NCBI GenBank assembly: GCA_951406725.2
Contig: OX597815.1
Span: 35,484,001 to 35,732,000 of the forward strand
Origin: Octopus vulgaris
Lineage: Eukaryota
Length of the DNA: 248,000 nucleotides
Reading direction: 5' to 3'
The notes beneath the pieces were generated by a model. That model saw only the letters and a list, made by a program, of their open reading frames with translations. It made no database searches and had not been told where the DNA came from. Below, in pieces: positions 29,480 through 43,600 of the stretch. The stretch's first letter is position 1. Each line of letters begins with the position of its first letter. Made by a program: the position numbers and the translations under genes.

Positions 29480-32270
29480 CTGGTTGCAACAAAGTTTTTA
29501 ATACAATTTTAATTTTGACACAACGATCTCCATTTTGTTCGTCCCGAGGCTGTTCACTCAAAGGTGTTGTGAGCTATCTTCATCTCTAAGACGTTACTCT
29601 TCAGCTTGTCCTTATATCTGATCCATGGTCGACCAATATTCCTGTGCTCACTCTCAGGCAGGCTGTACATGAGGACTTTGGATATTCTTTCGTTACTCAT
29701 TCTAACGATATGGCCAACCCAGCGCAATTGGAAGCTCTCAATTCCACCAATCTTACACTTGCTAAACAAGTCGGCATTAGAAACTTTGTCTTTAGGGAAT
29801 AACCGCAGATTGTCCTCAAACAGTCTTTGTAGAAGATGTCCAGTTGGTTAATGTGTCATCTAAAGGGTATCCACGATTCTGAGCCATACAAGAGAGTAGT
29901 AAGGATGGCTACTTTATAGACCTGTACTTTGGTGTCAAGAAGTTTCATGCTCCTTTCATTCCCTAGGCGATGACAGAGTTTGCCAAGTGCGCTGGGTGCC
30001 TTTGCAAGACGGTTGGCGATTTCATCATCAATGGAAGCACTCAAATTCACTTTACTACCAAGATATGTAAACGGCTTCACATAATTTAGGCTTTTTTCCA
30101 TCAACCTGTATAGGAGTGTCAGGGAAATTGTGAACCGGTGGCTTCAACTTGACACCTCGAATTTGTTTAGGAATAGGGCAAGGCTGGTGTCTTCCGTCTT
30201 CTTTATGCTGATGGTCAGACCAAAGGCTAATGTGTCATTTTCTGTTAAGGAGTAACTTAGCGATTCGATAAACACGAAATGACAAAATAAGTGCCTATTT
30301 GAAATAAGAATAAGGGGTGATATTCTTTTCTACTCTAGGCACAAGGCTCGAAATTTTGGAAGAGTAGCTAGTCGATTAGATCGCCCCCAGTATGCAGCTA
30401 GTACTTAATTTATCGACCCTGAAAGGATGAGAAGCAAAGTCGACCTCGGCAGAAAACCGGTCTAGAAATTCCTGGGCTTCCTCTAAGGATGTCGCTACTA
30501 GTGCAGCAGCATCTGCAAAATGTAGATAACGAATGATACTGATGTGTAGCAGTGGTCTGGCTTTGAAACGCTGATGATTGAATAGTCCACTACTTGTTCG
30601 AAGCTGGAATTTGATACTACTTTGTACGTAGTCAAAAGTATACCTCAGCGTCACCGAAAAACAAAGAGTGCAAACAAAACAGAGGCCATAACACAATCTT
30701 GCTTTGTGCCGTTTTATAACGTCGAAGGAAGCCGAAGATTCCCCACCAGACACGACAGCAGCCTTCATTCCTTCATGAAAAGAGACGATAACATTCAACA
30801 TCTTGTCAGGTATACCAAGCTTTTCCAGAACTTTCCATAGTGCTTGCCAGTTAACAGTGTTGAAGGCCTTAGTAAGGTCAATGAATGCCATGAACAACTC
30901 TTGTACCTTCTCCATGACTTGTCGGAGGTAAAAGATCATGTCGATAGTGCCACGACCAGAGCGAAATCCGCACTGTGATTCTGGGTAGACATCATTTACA
31001 ACGTGTTTGATGATCCTGTTGAGAATGAGCCGAGCAAGAATCTTACCAGCAAAAGACAGAAGCGATATTCCACGGTGGTTATCACAGACACTTCTGTTTC
31101 CTTTGTTCTTTTAAAGATGTTGAATCGAAGCATCCTTGAAGTCCTGTGGTACACGGCCTACCATCCAAATCTTTATGAAGAGATCATGCAAATTCTCAAA
31201 AGCGTCTTTCCACCATGTTTGTAGATTTCAGAAGGAATAACATCCCTGCAAGGTGCTTTACCAGAAGAGATCTGTTTAATAAAGTTTACCACTTCCAGAA
31301 AGGTTGGCTCCAGAGACAGTTCCGGTATTTCAGTTTCCAGGAAGGTTGTCTCCAGAGACAGTTCCGGTTTTTTAGTGTGCTGTGGGACAGATATTATGAC
31401 GTCATCATTAGTGACTGAGGTGGAGTTCAACACGGCTTCCAAGTGATCTTTCCATCGTTTCAAGATGTGAGATTTGTCGGTCAGCAGTGTCTCTCTATTC
31501 GATGAAAAATTAGGAGTAACACTGTGCTCTTGAGGATCATTCACTTTCTTGAGGCCATCATAAAAGGCTTTAGAATCCTTTCTGTCTGCAGCTTCTTGGA
31601 GGTCAGTAGCCTTGAAAGACCACCAAGCCTCCTTCATCTGTCTAAGAGCATGTTACACCTGGCCTCTGCATTTCTTGCAGGTATTCTCTTTTCTGGATGA
31701 GCTCTTATCATTTATCCATGTTTTGTAAAAGTTGTGCATTTTATCTATCAACTGTTGGACATCTGTGTTGTTATTGTTGAACCAATATTGATGTTTACGA
31801 ACAGGAATTTCAAGAATCTCTACAGATGCAGTGTGCGTTGCATCACGCAAAACTTTCCAAGATGATTCTATGTCATCATTGATATCAACAATGTTGAGTG
31901 CAGTGTCCAACTTGATAGAGAGTTCAGCCTACTTTTCAACAGTTTCCAAAGGCAGAACATTAATGTGCTTAGGCACTGATGACTTTTGTAGTCTTGTGTG
32001 TTTCTGATGGAACGTAACCTTACTACGGAGAAGAGAATGGTCAGTGATATAGCAGGCGTTATGAAAAGAACGTGTAATGTTAAAGTTCCTAATATCTCGT
32101 TTCTTAGTGATAACATAGTCTATGAGATGCCAATCCTTAGATCTAGGATGCATCCAGGTCATCTTGCAATCATTTTGCTGTTGAAAAAAAGGTATTTGTG
32201 GTGCTTAGACTGAATTCTCTGCAGATGGAGAGCACACGCAGACCGCTGGAGTGATGATAACACGAATATG
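29480..32270 (-). mobile_element. RTE-clade LINE remnant (APE C-terminus plus RT), frameshifted and interrupted by a SINE
   Basis: ORF pieces TWMHPRSKDWHLIDY, FIDLTKAFNTV, LHFADAAAL, FTYLGS, QLRWVGHIVRMSNER. Confidence 0.9.
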
Positions 32271-32541
32271 GTGCACATATGTGCCACGATACCAAGAACA
32301 ACACACCTCGGGCTTTTCTTCAGAGGTTTTCATCTCCTAGACGAGCCACTATAAACAAACTGAAGAGCCTAGTCTACCCTATGGGTCAGAGTTTGCTGAC
32401 AATATACAGCTTGTTAAGGAGACCCTCAGCAACAAAAGACCTGGTTTTATATCTGCGTATCCCTCTCCTAGATGGGATGCCTTCACCACTGTTAAGGAGG
32501 GCCATCTTCCCCCTAATATATAGAATTGAATACATCAGAAA

Positions 32542-32582
<41 letters not shown>

Positions 32583-32636
32583 GGCGGTGCCCCAGCATGG
32601 CCACAGCTCATTAGCTGAAACTGGAAAAATCAAAAT

Positions 32637-32735
<99 letters not shown>

Positions 32736-33760
32736 TGTGTTGTTTTTGTATGTATGTATACACACATACGTATGTGTGTGTGTTAGCGTTTGTGTTTGTG
32801 TACCACTATCACTGGAACGACAGATGTTCGTTTGTTTATGCTTAGTAACCTAGCGGTTCGGTCAAAGGGACCGATAGACTAAAACCCTTCAAGTGTTTCC
32901 CCAGCATGGCTACATTCCAGTAACTGAAACAAGTGAAAGAAGAAAAGGATGAAAGAATATATATTCCATCTTCCGTCTTTCATTTGCCGTGTGTGTGTGT
33001 GTGGTGGGGTGCGTGTGTCCATATATAAACGTATATTTACATATACGTGTCTGGATTGTCAATCAGTGGGCGCGAGACCCTACAGCCAGATCCGAGAACT
33101 ATAAATGGCCTGTTATCTCTCTATTCTCCATTTTTTCAATTTAAGGTGCTGCAAACAATTATGGTTTCTGATCACAGTGAGACTAAAACTTTAGCACCCA
33201 CTTATTGACAAACCAGACATGCCTTATCTTCTTGTCAAAAACTCCATTACTCGATTTGGATATATTTATGTAAACTAATTTTTATCTTCTTATCATTGTA
33301 AAACATTTTATTACTTAATCTCAATGTTTTTATGTAAACTATTTATTGACTCATCACAGAGGATATGCAAAGCCTCAAACTTATATATATATATATCATG
33401 TGATCGACCAGATTATCGGATTTTCACAATGCTAGCTTTCGAATGATACTAGCTTTCGAATGACTAGGCGAACAGGACAACATTCCCCACTGATCGGAAG
33501 ACTAATCCGCCACGGGGTTGCCCACTTACTGTTGAGTGGACCGGAGCAACGTGAAGTGAAGTGTTTTGTTCAAGAGCACAACACGATCACTAGATCGTAA
33601 GTGCAACATCTTGACCACTGGGCCACGCACCTGCACACACACAACACACACACACACATGGTTGCACCGATAACCAGCTGACGGAGAATCTGCCTGCGGT
33701 TAAACTAGTAGTAACATGGAATAGCCATTTTGATGTAGCGACTGACTTTATATATATATA

Positions 33761-34152
33761 CTAGCAGTATCTCTCGGCGTTGCTCGGGTTTGTTTCAACC
33801 CTTTAGAATTGGAATTTTTGAAAAGTAAAAATTTTGCATTATGTAGCTTGTTATTCTCTTTAAGTGAACATTTTTCTGGTTGAAATACACCGAAAAATGG
33901 CGACACATCAGAAAAAAATCGTTAAAAAATAGGGATTTTCATAGAAAAAAAGCACCTTTTTGATGTAAATAATTTTTGGTGTTAACATGGTCCAATTTGA
34001 AATTTTTCTTCTACGGAAGGAAGAGCAAGCCTTCTTCTATCATACTTGCAATTTTGGTCAACCTGTGCCGCAGGGTCTCGGAGGAGATAGTGTTAGTTGG
34101 AGGCTACCAAACCTGCCATACACAGACAACTTCAGCTTTATATAGAGAGAGA
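33761..34152 (-). mobile_element. Non-autonomous Helitron
   Basis: Minus-strand 3' end GAGCAACGCCGAGAGATACTGCTAG (subterminal hairpin plus CTAG). Near-copy at 111303-111676; fragment at 76322-76410. Confidence 0.75.
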
Positions 34153-35246
34153 TATATTCGAACGAATGAGTACCCAGTTCTTGTAGAGGATATATGGTTT
34201 TTTTGTTTTTTTAAAACTGACACTGAGAGTTTGTTTTGCGACTTGAGTTTCACACTTCTGCTATCATCAGGCAAAAGGGCTTAATAAAAATGAATAAAAT
34301 CAGATTTAGAGCAATAAGCTATGATATATATAATTATAGTTAGAATGAATTTACACTGGGAAATATAAACAGGTATTTTATATTCAAATAAATACATACC
34401 TACATAATATATACATATATTCATATACTTACATACAACACACATACACACACATGCGCGAGTGTGTGTGTGGGTGTGTGGGTGTGTGTGGGTGTGTTTT
34501 ATATATTTTTTTCTCCGTATGCGAATGCAATGCATGTTTCTAGCAGTTACAAGTATTAAAAGATATTGTCGTTAGCTTAAGACAGCTGTAAATGGATACT
34601 GATAATGTACGAGGTTGGTTCTGTTGAAACGGAGAAGTTAAGTCGGACAATAATAGAAGCAGACGAAATGTCGAGAAATTAGTTAAAATGCTTCCTGCCA
34701 GCAAAATACCATGCTTTACAGAAACGGCCGCAATTCCTGAAATTAACATTTGAGAAAGCAAGTCACGAATATCACTTCTAAAAACTCTTCCCTGTCCTGG
34801 TAAAAAAAAAAAGAATCAATTAACCAAACTAGGGACACTCCTGGTTACTAGCTTGTAGAGTACGTATATATATATATATATATATATATGGGGGAGGTGT
34901 GATTTGTGTCTGGGGGGTGAAGGCGCATGGCTCAGTGGTTAGAGCGTCGAGCTTACGATCGTGAGGTTGTGACGTTCGATTCCCGGACCGGGCTGTGTTG
35001 TGTTCTTGAGCAAGACACTTTATTTCACGTTGCTCCAGTTAACTCAGCTGTAGAAATGAGTTGCGACATCACTGGTGCCAAGCTGTATCGGCCTTTGCCT
35101 TTCCCCTTGGATAACATCAGTGGTGTGGAAGGCTGGTATGCATGGGCGACAGCTAGCCTTCCACAAACAATCTTGCTCGGACTTGTGCCTCGGAGGGTAA
35201 CTTTCTAGATGCAATCCCATGGTCATTCATGACCGAAGGGGGTCTC

Positions 35247-35308
<62 letters not shown>

Positions 35309-37129
35309 TGGGCCGACTCTTGATACACAGCCTATATAAGCTTATAAACCAGATCCAAAAATGTCGCCATCGCCGACTACCTACATTACTGGTGGTGTGT
35401 AAAGTTTATTTTCTCTGAATGATAGCATTAAGGATTTTCTGTATGAAACTTAGAAGTCGGAATTTGAAATTCTATTTAGATTCACGATCGAAATAACATC
35501 ATTTACTTCTCTGTAACCGACAAGTTGACTAATCTACGAATTTATTTTACAATCAACGTCCTCGCTATAATATGAGGTATGTCAATCTAATATTGGTTTC
35601 AAATTTTGGCACAAGACCAGCAATTTCAAATTTTGGCACAAGACCAGCAAATCGACCCAAGTGTTCAACTGGTTCTTATTTAATCAACCCGGAAGAGATA
35701 AAAGACGAAGTCGACCTCGGCGGAATTCGAACTCAGAACGTAAAAACGGACGAAATACCGCTAAGCATTTTGCCCGGTGTTTTAACGATTCTACCAGCTC
35801 TTCGCTTTATGTCAATCTAATATAGGCGTAGTGAAATAAAAACTAAGATCGAGCTCTCCAGAGAAAAACCAAACTAGAAATAGAAAACATGATTTTGAAA
35901 TGGACTCAACTATTTACAATAATTTAGCTGCTATCAAACTTCTATCAGTTCCAACGCTGAATTACTGGTCTGAAAAGAAAACAACTCGAGTGACGACATT
36001 TAAATAACGTTATGTTTACAATCTTAGAATTATGAAGCGTCACGACGCAAACATACACCGTATAGAAATATAAACCAGGTGAACAGAGTAAATATATGTT
36101 TGCCAATACGATGACATTTGTATAAAAGAAAATATTTCGTTGAAAACTGAAAATTCACTTCTGTAAAAATAGTATAAATAAAATCGACAGTGATCAACAA
36201 AAACAAAGCAATATGCTATATAACTCAGAAACAATTTTTTTAAAAGATAGATAAAAAGCACTTATGTGATAAAAACATTTTCAATAAACAATTCAAAAAG
36301 AAATGTGTGACAAAAATATTCTTTACATCTCCACATATTGACAACGGGTTTGTCAAAAACAACAAACTGCTACAAAGATATTGAGAAGGAACGTAGTAAA
36401 GTCGAACATACTAAGAGCAATGACGGAAATAAAATATGAAAAACAAAATCTAAAGGAATAATTATAAATATATTGATATTAACTGAATTACGCTTGAATG
36501 AAATTGTATAGTCGTTATAAACACAACTGAATTGCCATTTGTTATGTTATCTGGTTTTGGAATCACAGCTGTTCTCGAGACGCCAGCTGAATGTCAGCAT
36601 AACCAGACATGTCACTGTAACCTCATCTTTTTAAGATTTCCGACTCGGTAACAAAACGATTGGTTGATAGTGATGGAAAGAGAATATATTGATATTTTGT
36701 CCTGAGTCAGAAAAGTGGTCGGCTCACCGACATAAGCGTGTCAAATGCTTCACTTTTGTTAACCTAATACTACTCTGGGGTAAGAGCTAAATAAGTGCTA
36801 TACCTAGTAGAATTTAATTAATTAGTTAATTAATTTTTGTTTAATTTAATGTCTCAGAAGCTTGTGAAATTATCGGTTCTTCACTGGTTTGTTGTTAGCG
36901 AGTGGACAACAGATGAATTTCAAAATGCCATCAGCTAATACAATATCCACCAGGCTTTTTAACATCCATCTAGATTCTACAAGTATTTGTTTAATCGATC
37001 ACTTACTTTCTAAAGGGATTAAAGGTTGAGATGACCTCTGCCAGTGATATCAAATAAGGATAAGGTTATTAGTTAATCATTCATTGAAATTTCGATCTTG
37101 AAACTGTAAAATACCAATTTCGTCGTTAG

Positions 37130-37990
37130 TTTGATTGCTGTTATCACCCCCAACTAATTTGTTCGTTGTTATCGGCCCCACCAGCATACTCATTCGTATT
37201 ATTCGCATCAATTTATTTATTGCAGGCACTCCCACCTATTTGTTTATTGATAGCAGGTCAAAGTATTCGTTGCTATGGCTTCCACCACTGTTCGTTGCTC
37301 TCACCCCTACCAGTTTGTTCGTTGCTATAGCTCCCAACAATTTCTTCGTTGCTCTCACCCCCACCAATATTTTCGTTGCTATATCTCCCCACCAAATTGT
37401 TCGTTATTATGGCTCCCAAGAATTTGTTCGATGCTCTCACCCTCATCAATTTGTTCGTTGCTATGCTCCACCCCCACTCACCCGCCACAATTTGTCTATT
37501 GTTTTGTTATTCTCACCCCCACATCAATTTCCTCGTTGCTGTGACTCCCAACAATTTCTTCGTGGCTCTCACACTCCCATCAAATTTGTTCGTAACTAGG
37601 ATTTTCACCAGCTTGTTGGTTGCTAACCCCAGAACAAATTTGTTCATTGCTAGCAACCTCACCAATTTGTACGTTGCTGACTCCCACCAATTTTTTCATT
37701 GCTAACTCCCTCACAATTTGTTCGCTGCTCTGACTACCAACAATTTGTTCGCTGTTCTGACTACCAACAATTTGTTCGCTACCCTTACCCCCATCAATTT
37801 GTTTGTTGCTATCTTCCCTACAAGATTGTCCCTTGATAGTGCTCTCGTTATTTTGTTCGGCGCTATCACCCATCAATTTTTTCATTACAGCTTCTAACAA
37901 ATATATTCGTTACTAGCATTTTCACCTGTTTGCTCGTTTCTAGTGCTCACACGAAAGTTATTCGTTCATAGCATTCCCATAAGTTTGTTC
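37130..37990. repeat. Degenerate ~40-bp minisatellite (CTCACCCCCACCAATTTGTTCGTTGCTA-like)
   Basis: Repeated TTTGTTCGTTGCT cores across ~850 bp. Confidence 0.75.
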
Positions 37991-40671
37991 ATTAATAACA
38001 CTCCCATAAATTTCTTCTAACTATATCATTTTCTTTCTTGTTCTTTTACCAAGCAAGATGGTTTAGCGAAATCTAATTCGTATTTCGTTTTGCAGCAATG
38101 TACAACCAACCATTCATTATATATGGGCTTAATATTTTCCTGCGAGAAAATATTCCCTTGACTACTTCGGTTAGCTACTGTAAATAATTAGTAGTTATCG
38201 ATGTAAAACTGAGCTGCTACATTTGCAAATGGTTGAATCTAACGATGAAGTTTTTACTGGTTTTATTACAGTGCTGTCAAGGCGGTGAGCTGGCAAAATA
38301 GTTAGCACACTGGATAAAAGGATTTACTGTATTTTCTCCGCCTTTGCAGTCTGAGTTCTAATTCCACCGAGGTTGGCCTCGTTTTTCATCTTTTGGGGGT
38401 CGGTGAAATAAGTATCAGTTAAGCACTGAAGTTGATGAAATCGACTAGCGCCCCCACACACACACACACACACCTAAAGTTTCATGCTTTGTACTTATAG
38501 TAGAAAAGACTATTATAACGGAGTCAAGAAAGCGAATTTGCAGAATCGTTAGCAAGCCGGACAAAATGCTCAGTGGCATTTCTTACGACCTTATGTTTCG
38601 AGTTCAAATTCTGCTGAGGAAGACTTTATCTTTCATCCTTTCGGAATCAATAAAATAAGTACAAGGTCAATATAATCCACTAGTCTCCTCACCCAAAATT
38701 TCAGGTTTTGTGTCTCGAGTAGAATTATTATAGTGGTGTAAGCCACGGAGCCTCCACAGAATACAGGTCTTCTTTTTTTTTCTTTTTTCTTTTTTTCGAT
38801 TTCTCTGACTTACCCTCTTGTTTTTCGAAAGGTATTTGAAACTGGCTCGTTTTTATAACTTATTTCCTTGCTCGCCTTCATCTTCATCTCCTTTTCCTCT
38901 TGATCAGCCCCATCTTATTTCTTTCATCCCTCTTTCTTGCTTTCCTTTTCTTGTGAAAAATGACGTTCGAATGTAAAGTGGGCTCTCTTAATACATGTGG
39001 GTGAAAGGTACCCCGATTCGTTTTATTTTGGGAGAGTAATAACCGATCGTGTATCGTAAGAGATCTATTCAATCAATACCCAATTATTCTGTTGTCCCAC
39101 TTACATCTGCAGCTTCTATAACACTGTATATAACAAGTTAACATCTGAATCAAAAGCTCAGCGATGCAGGCCAGGAATAATGTATTGCAGTTCAATTGTT
39201 CCAATCTTTCCCCAGTTTTAAAAAATGATTTCGGCAAATGTTATTCTAACCCCTACGAGCCAAATCATATTGAGGTCTACATATAAATCAAACCATTAAA
39301 TATCAAGGACTTGGTCAGTTCGTAAAAAGGGAAAACATTCTCAACTTCCTCTGTAGTCTTACAATACTTCCCTTACACTGACGTTAGATACAGGAAACAA
39401 TCAAGGTAAACTTCTAGATCTTTCCCCACACCGAAGAAATACCCTAGTTTCCAAAAAAAACTCAAACACGTGTGGTTCCCCTCATGGCCGCAGCTACTAC
39501 ATGGGAAACAATAATTTCATCAAGATATTTAGCGTGATTAGAACCTTGAATTTTAAATTGAGGAATTTAACCAAGGAGTAGGGGCCGAAACTGGACGTGG
39601 TTCATCCTGATGATGTCTTGAGCTAATTGGATCCTATAAAGGAGCAGACCACGAAACACGGTTGAAATTCCTCAGGAAAAGATACGGAGAATTCACATAT
39701 TAATTGCTTCATTTATTTACAATTATTATTACGAAGTTCAACATTTTTGTCAATGTTATAGACAATGTACACATCCAGAGCTAACAAAGGGCGTACCATT
39801 GTATCCTTCCAAACAGTTACTGCTTCACAGAGTATCGAGAATGACGTACAGTATTTCTTAATCTACAGCTTTTTGTTTAGCATTCATCTGTAATGTCAAA
39901 TAATTACTTCAACTCCGTATGAATAATTACTGTTGCAAATTAATTAAATTCATCTAAATATTTTAGTGTCTAACTTTTCGATAATAATGGTTCCATACAT
40001 TTTTAAAACAAGTTCTTGCGGTTAATTAGCTATCAATTGAAGGCGGCGAATTGGCAGAATCGTTCTGACAAAATGCATTTCGCTACATTTCTTCAGGCTC
40101 TTTGTTCTAAGCTCAAATTCAGTCGTAGTCAACTTTGCCTTTCATCCTTTCCGGATCGATAAACTTCGTTCAAAATTAATGGTCTTATGCCAAAATTAGA
40201 AAGAACAGTCTGTCACTGTTATGAGTCAAAAGAATTGGTAAAACAATTGAACAAGCTGTTCATTCCTACCAAAAAGACCTTCGTGGGACTTAATTCTACA
40301 GTGAGGTCAAACGTATAAGGATATATAATTTATCCGTAACCTACGTTGTATTGCTTTTTAATTAAACTTGAACTATTATGTAAATGAGATTAAGTCACAT
40401 GCTTGTTTACTTTTTAATGTGTAGTCTTCTGTGACATTCGGCATTTTGTGAAAGAGAGACATTCAAATCCTGGTGGTTTCTTAAATAACAATGAAGCTAA
40501 TCGCTTCGATCCTCATTCCAAACAACCGAAAATCCCTCCTGTGTCTTAAATTTACAGCAAGACTCACTACATATGACTTATTATGACTGCTATTTCATAG
40601 GAAAGAAGGGAGGCAATTTCCATCAAAATCTATTTTTTTTAGAGTTGCTTCCCTTTATAAAGTAAACAATC

Positions 40672-43600
40672 ATGGCGTCGTCCTTTAAACATGTTGGTTT
40701 GAAGGCACGTTACGCGCAAGGTGCGTGTCATTTCTCTATGTCCAAATTATTGTCACCTTCATCACATCATCGACAACGTTCTTTAATACCTACTACTGCT
40801 GTACATACAATGACAGTAAGTATAAATTCGACTGTAAATTCCATTCAAAGTTCAAAAGTATGATATTCCGTGAATGTCACCTTACAGATTTGTATTTATG
40901 TTTGGTGTTTCTCTTAATATTTACTGATAGCTTATTGTGAGGGGACTTTTGAAGTTTAGAGGGTAGAGATGTGAATGACATTTTCCTGCATCCGTTTTTA
41001 TCTTTAAATAATTACACTTATTGCCATATATTTGCATGTATTTCTTTATCTGCTTGAGAAGTGCAGTGCTCGTAGCCTTTTCACATCCTCCTAACATGTA
41101 TAATATAAAATTATATACGTCTTCCTTTTGTGTTATTGAGGGTCACTAAATGGCTCGTATCCTGTGACTAGCGCTAGACAATGTCCTCAACAACGACACA
41201 GTTTACGCGGGTCAAATCCATCAGCTGAGGGAAAGCACTGTGTTGTCCGACTTGTTCGAAATGGGTGGGTCGAATTTCCCTCAAATCACCAACTACCGTT
41301 TTAAACAAGAAAGATCCATTAAATCATGTATTCCTACATATCTCTCCAAAATAAAATGTGATGGCCACAACTAATCAGCAACAACAACCTCACTAACTAC
41401 ATACTGAAGTGCATATCACCCATTAAACGGTGGAGACGTGTTCATTAACATGTAAAGCGGAGTAAATTAGAAATGAATGAACTCCACCACTTCGAGATGC
41501 CCGATGTATACTAGATAGAGTTATGCCTGTCATTCGTATTTCGTTCTTCTCTTTCTCTTCTATTATCATTCCATTCATATCTAAGATGCATTATAGGAAT
41601 AATTCAACCCCAACAGTGGACTGGTACTTTTACTTTAGTCACTTCAAAAGTTAAATTTGGCAAGATTTTAATTCAGAATGAAAGAACTTTGCCAAAATAT
41701 GACCAGGCATTTTAGCCATAACTCTAAACTTTCATCCAATCCACTGCCTTAATCATCATCGTTTAACGTCCGTTCTCCATGCTAGCATGGGTTGGACGGT
41801 TCGACCGGGATCCAAGGTAGTTTGGATGAACTGGGGCTTCTGTGAAGTTGGTGCAGGAAACAGCCATAAACTCACACATCTCTCCTCATTCATCCATAGT
41901 ACATGACCATACCAGCGCAGACGTCTCTCTTGCACGCCACGTCTGATGCTTCTTATGTCCAGCATTTCTCTCAGGGTGCTTTCACTCTGTCGTGTGTGCA
42001 CACTGACATTACACATCTAGCGGATCATGCTAGCTTCATTTCTTTCAAGCCTACGCATGTCCTCTGCAGTCACAGCCCATGTTTCACTACCGTGAAGCGT
42101 GGCAGATCACATACATGCATCGTACAATCTACCTTTCATTCTGAGCGAGAGGCCCTTTGTCACCAGTAGGGGTAGAAGCTTTCTAAACTTTGCCCAGGCT
42201 ATTCGTATTCTAGTGGTGACACTCTCTGAACATCCACCTTCACTACTAACTTGGTCACCCAGGTAGCGGAAACTATCAACTACTTCTAGTTTCTCTCCCT
42301 GGAGTGTGATGGAATCTGTTTTCTGAGTATCTGTGATGTCTATTGCACCTGTGCATCTGCCGCACATGAAAGCTATCTTCTCAGTTAATTTTCCTTTGAT
42401 GTTGCTGCACCTCTTATGCGTCCATAGCTTATACTGGGTACATCTTATGGAGTTTCTACCTACACCTTTTCTACAGATTGAACAGGGCCAGTTACTTGAG
42501 GGGGTGTGTGATGAGTTCGCTTTCTTACTTACTATAACTTTGGTCTTTGCTACATTGACTCTTGTAGTTGTCGAACCAGGAATATGGCATCAGTGGTGCT
42601 TCTACCTAGCACAAAACCAAACTGCATCTCATCTTAGCAGACTCTCTCCCTAATGAGATGGGCTATGACCCTCTCTGTGACCTTCATCACCTGATCTAAC
42701 AGTTTAATACCCCTGTAGTTATTTCTATCTAGAGCATCACCATTACCCTTGTAGCAGTTGACTATGGTGCTGCTATGCCAGTCATTGGGTATGACTCCAT
42801 TATGAACTACCTGGTTTACAATGTGGGTGACTAGGCCATAGTCCACACCACCAGATGTTTTAAGCATCTCAGCAGTGATTCCTGATGGGCTGGGGGCTTT
42901 TTCTGGCTTCATACCCTTAACTGTTTTATCTATAAGGGAGCTGTCTATTCAGATAGCTAGTCCCTCTACTGGGTCAACATTTAGCAGGCTAAATTTTGCG
43001 ATCAGCGAAGATCATAAATTGATCTTTTTTCCAAAAATGAGCAATTTCAGTACAACAAAAATGGTAGTAGCTAATCATAAAAATCTAAGGTCATTTTCAG
43101 AATCAGCACCATCAAATAAGCTACAAAAACATGTTCTGTTTCTTGGCACCAAAAATTGTGTTGACCAGTGTTATTAGTGATGGAAGCAGTATCAGTACTA
43201 AAAGGCAGTCTTTATATTCAACTTCATATGGATCTCTTGTTAGAATACCAAATACTGAGGTATTCATCTTGAGAGGTCCTCTCTAACATTTTATCTTTCT
43301 GAGAATAAGCAGCTATATAGGCCCTAGAGGTCTGATTTATTCCCTCTTGTAAAAATTAATTTTTGTGCTTCGTTGAAAAGAAGTCCTAATTATGTCTTAA
43401 TTATGTCATTACACAGGAATCAAACCCAGATCACTCGTCACAACGGTTATTTTCAGGCATCCAGCCAACATCAGATGTTCCACATTTAGGCAATTATATT
43501 GGTGCTATCAAGAACTGGGTCAGTCTACAGGGCAAACACTCTTCAGTAATCCTCAGTTTAGTTGACCTTCATACAATTACACTGCCTCACAAACCTCAAC

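Noticed and set aside
39590-39670. CTGATGA...GAAA hammerhead-like motif
   Set aside because: Stems I-III pair poorly; at best a decayed copy.
40672-40720. Shorter WARS2 exon 1 ending at CAAG|GTGCGT
   Set aside because: Gives phase 1, incompatible with the phase-0 exon at 43417; ACA|GTAAGT at 40815 fits.
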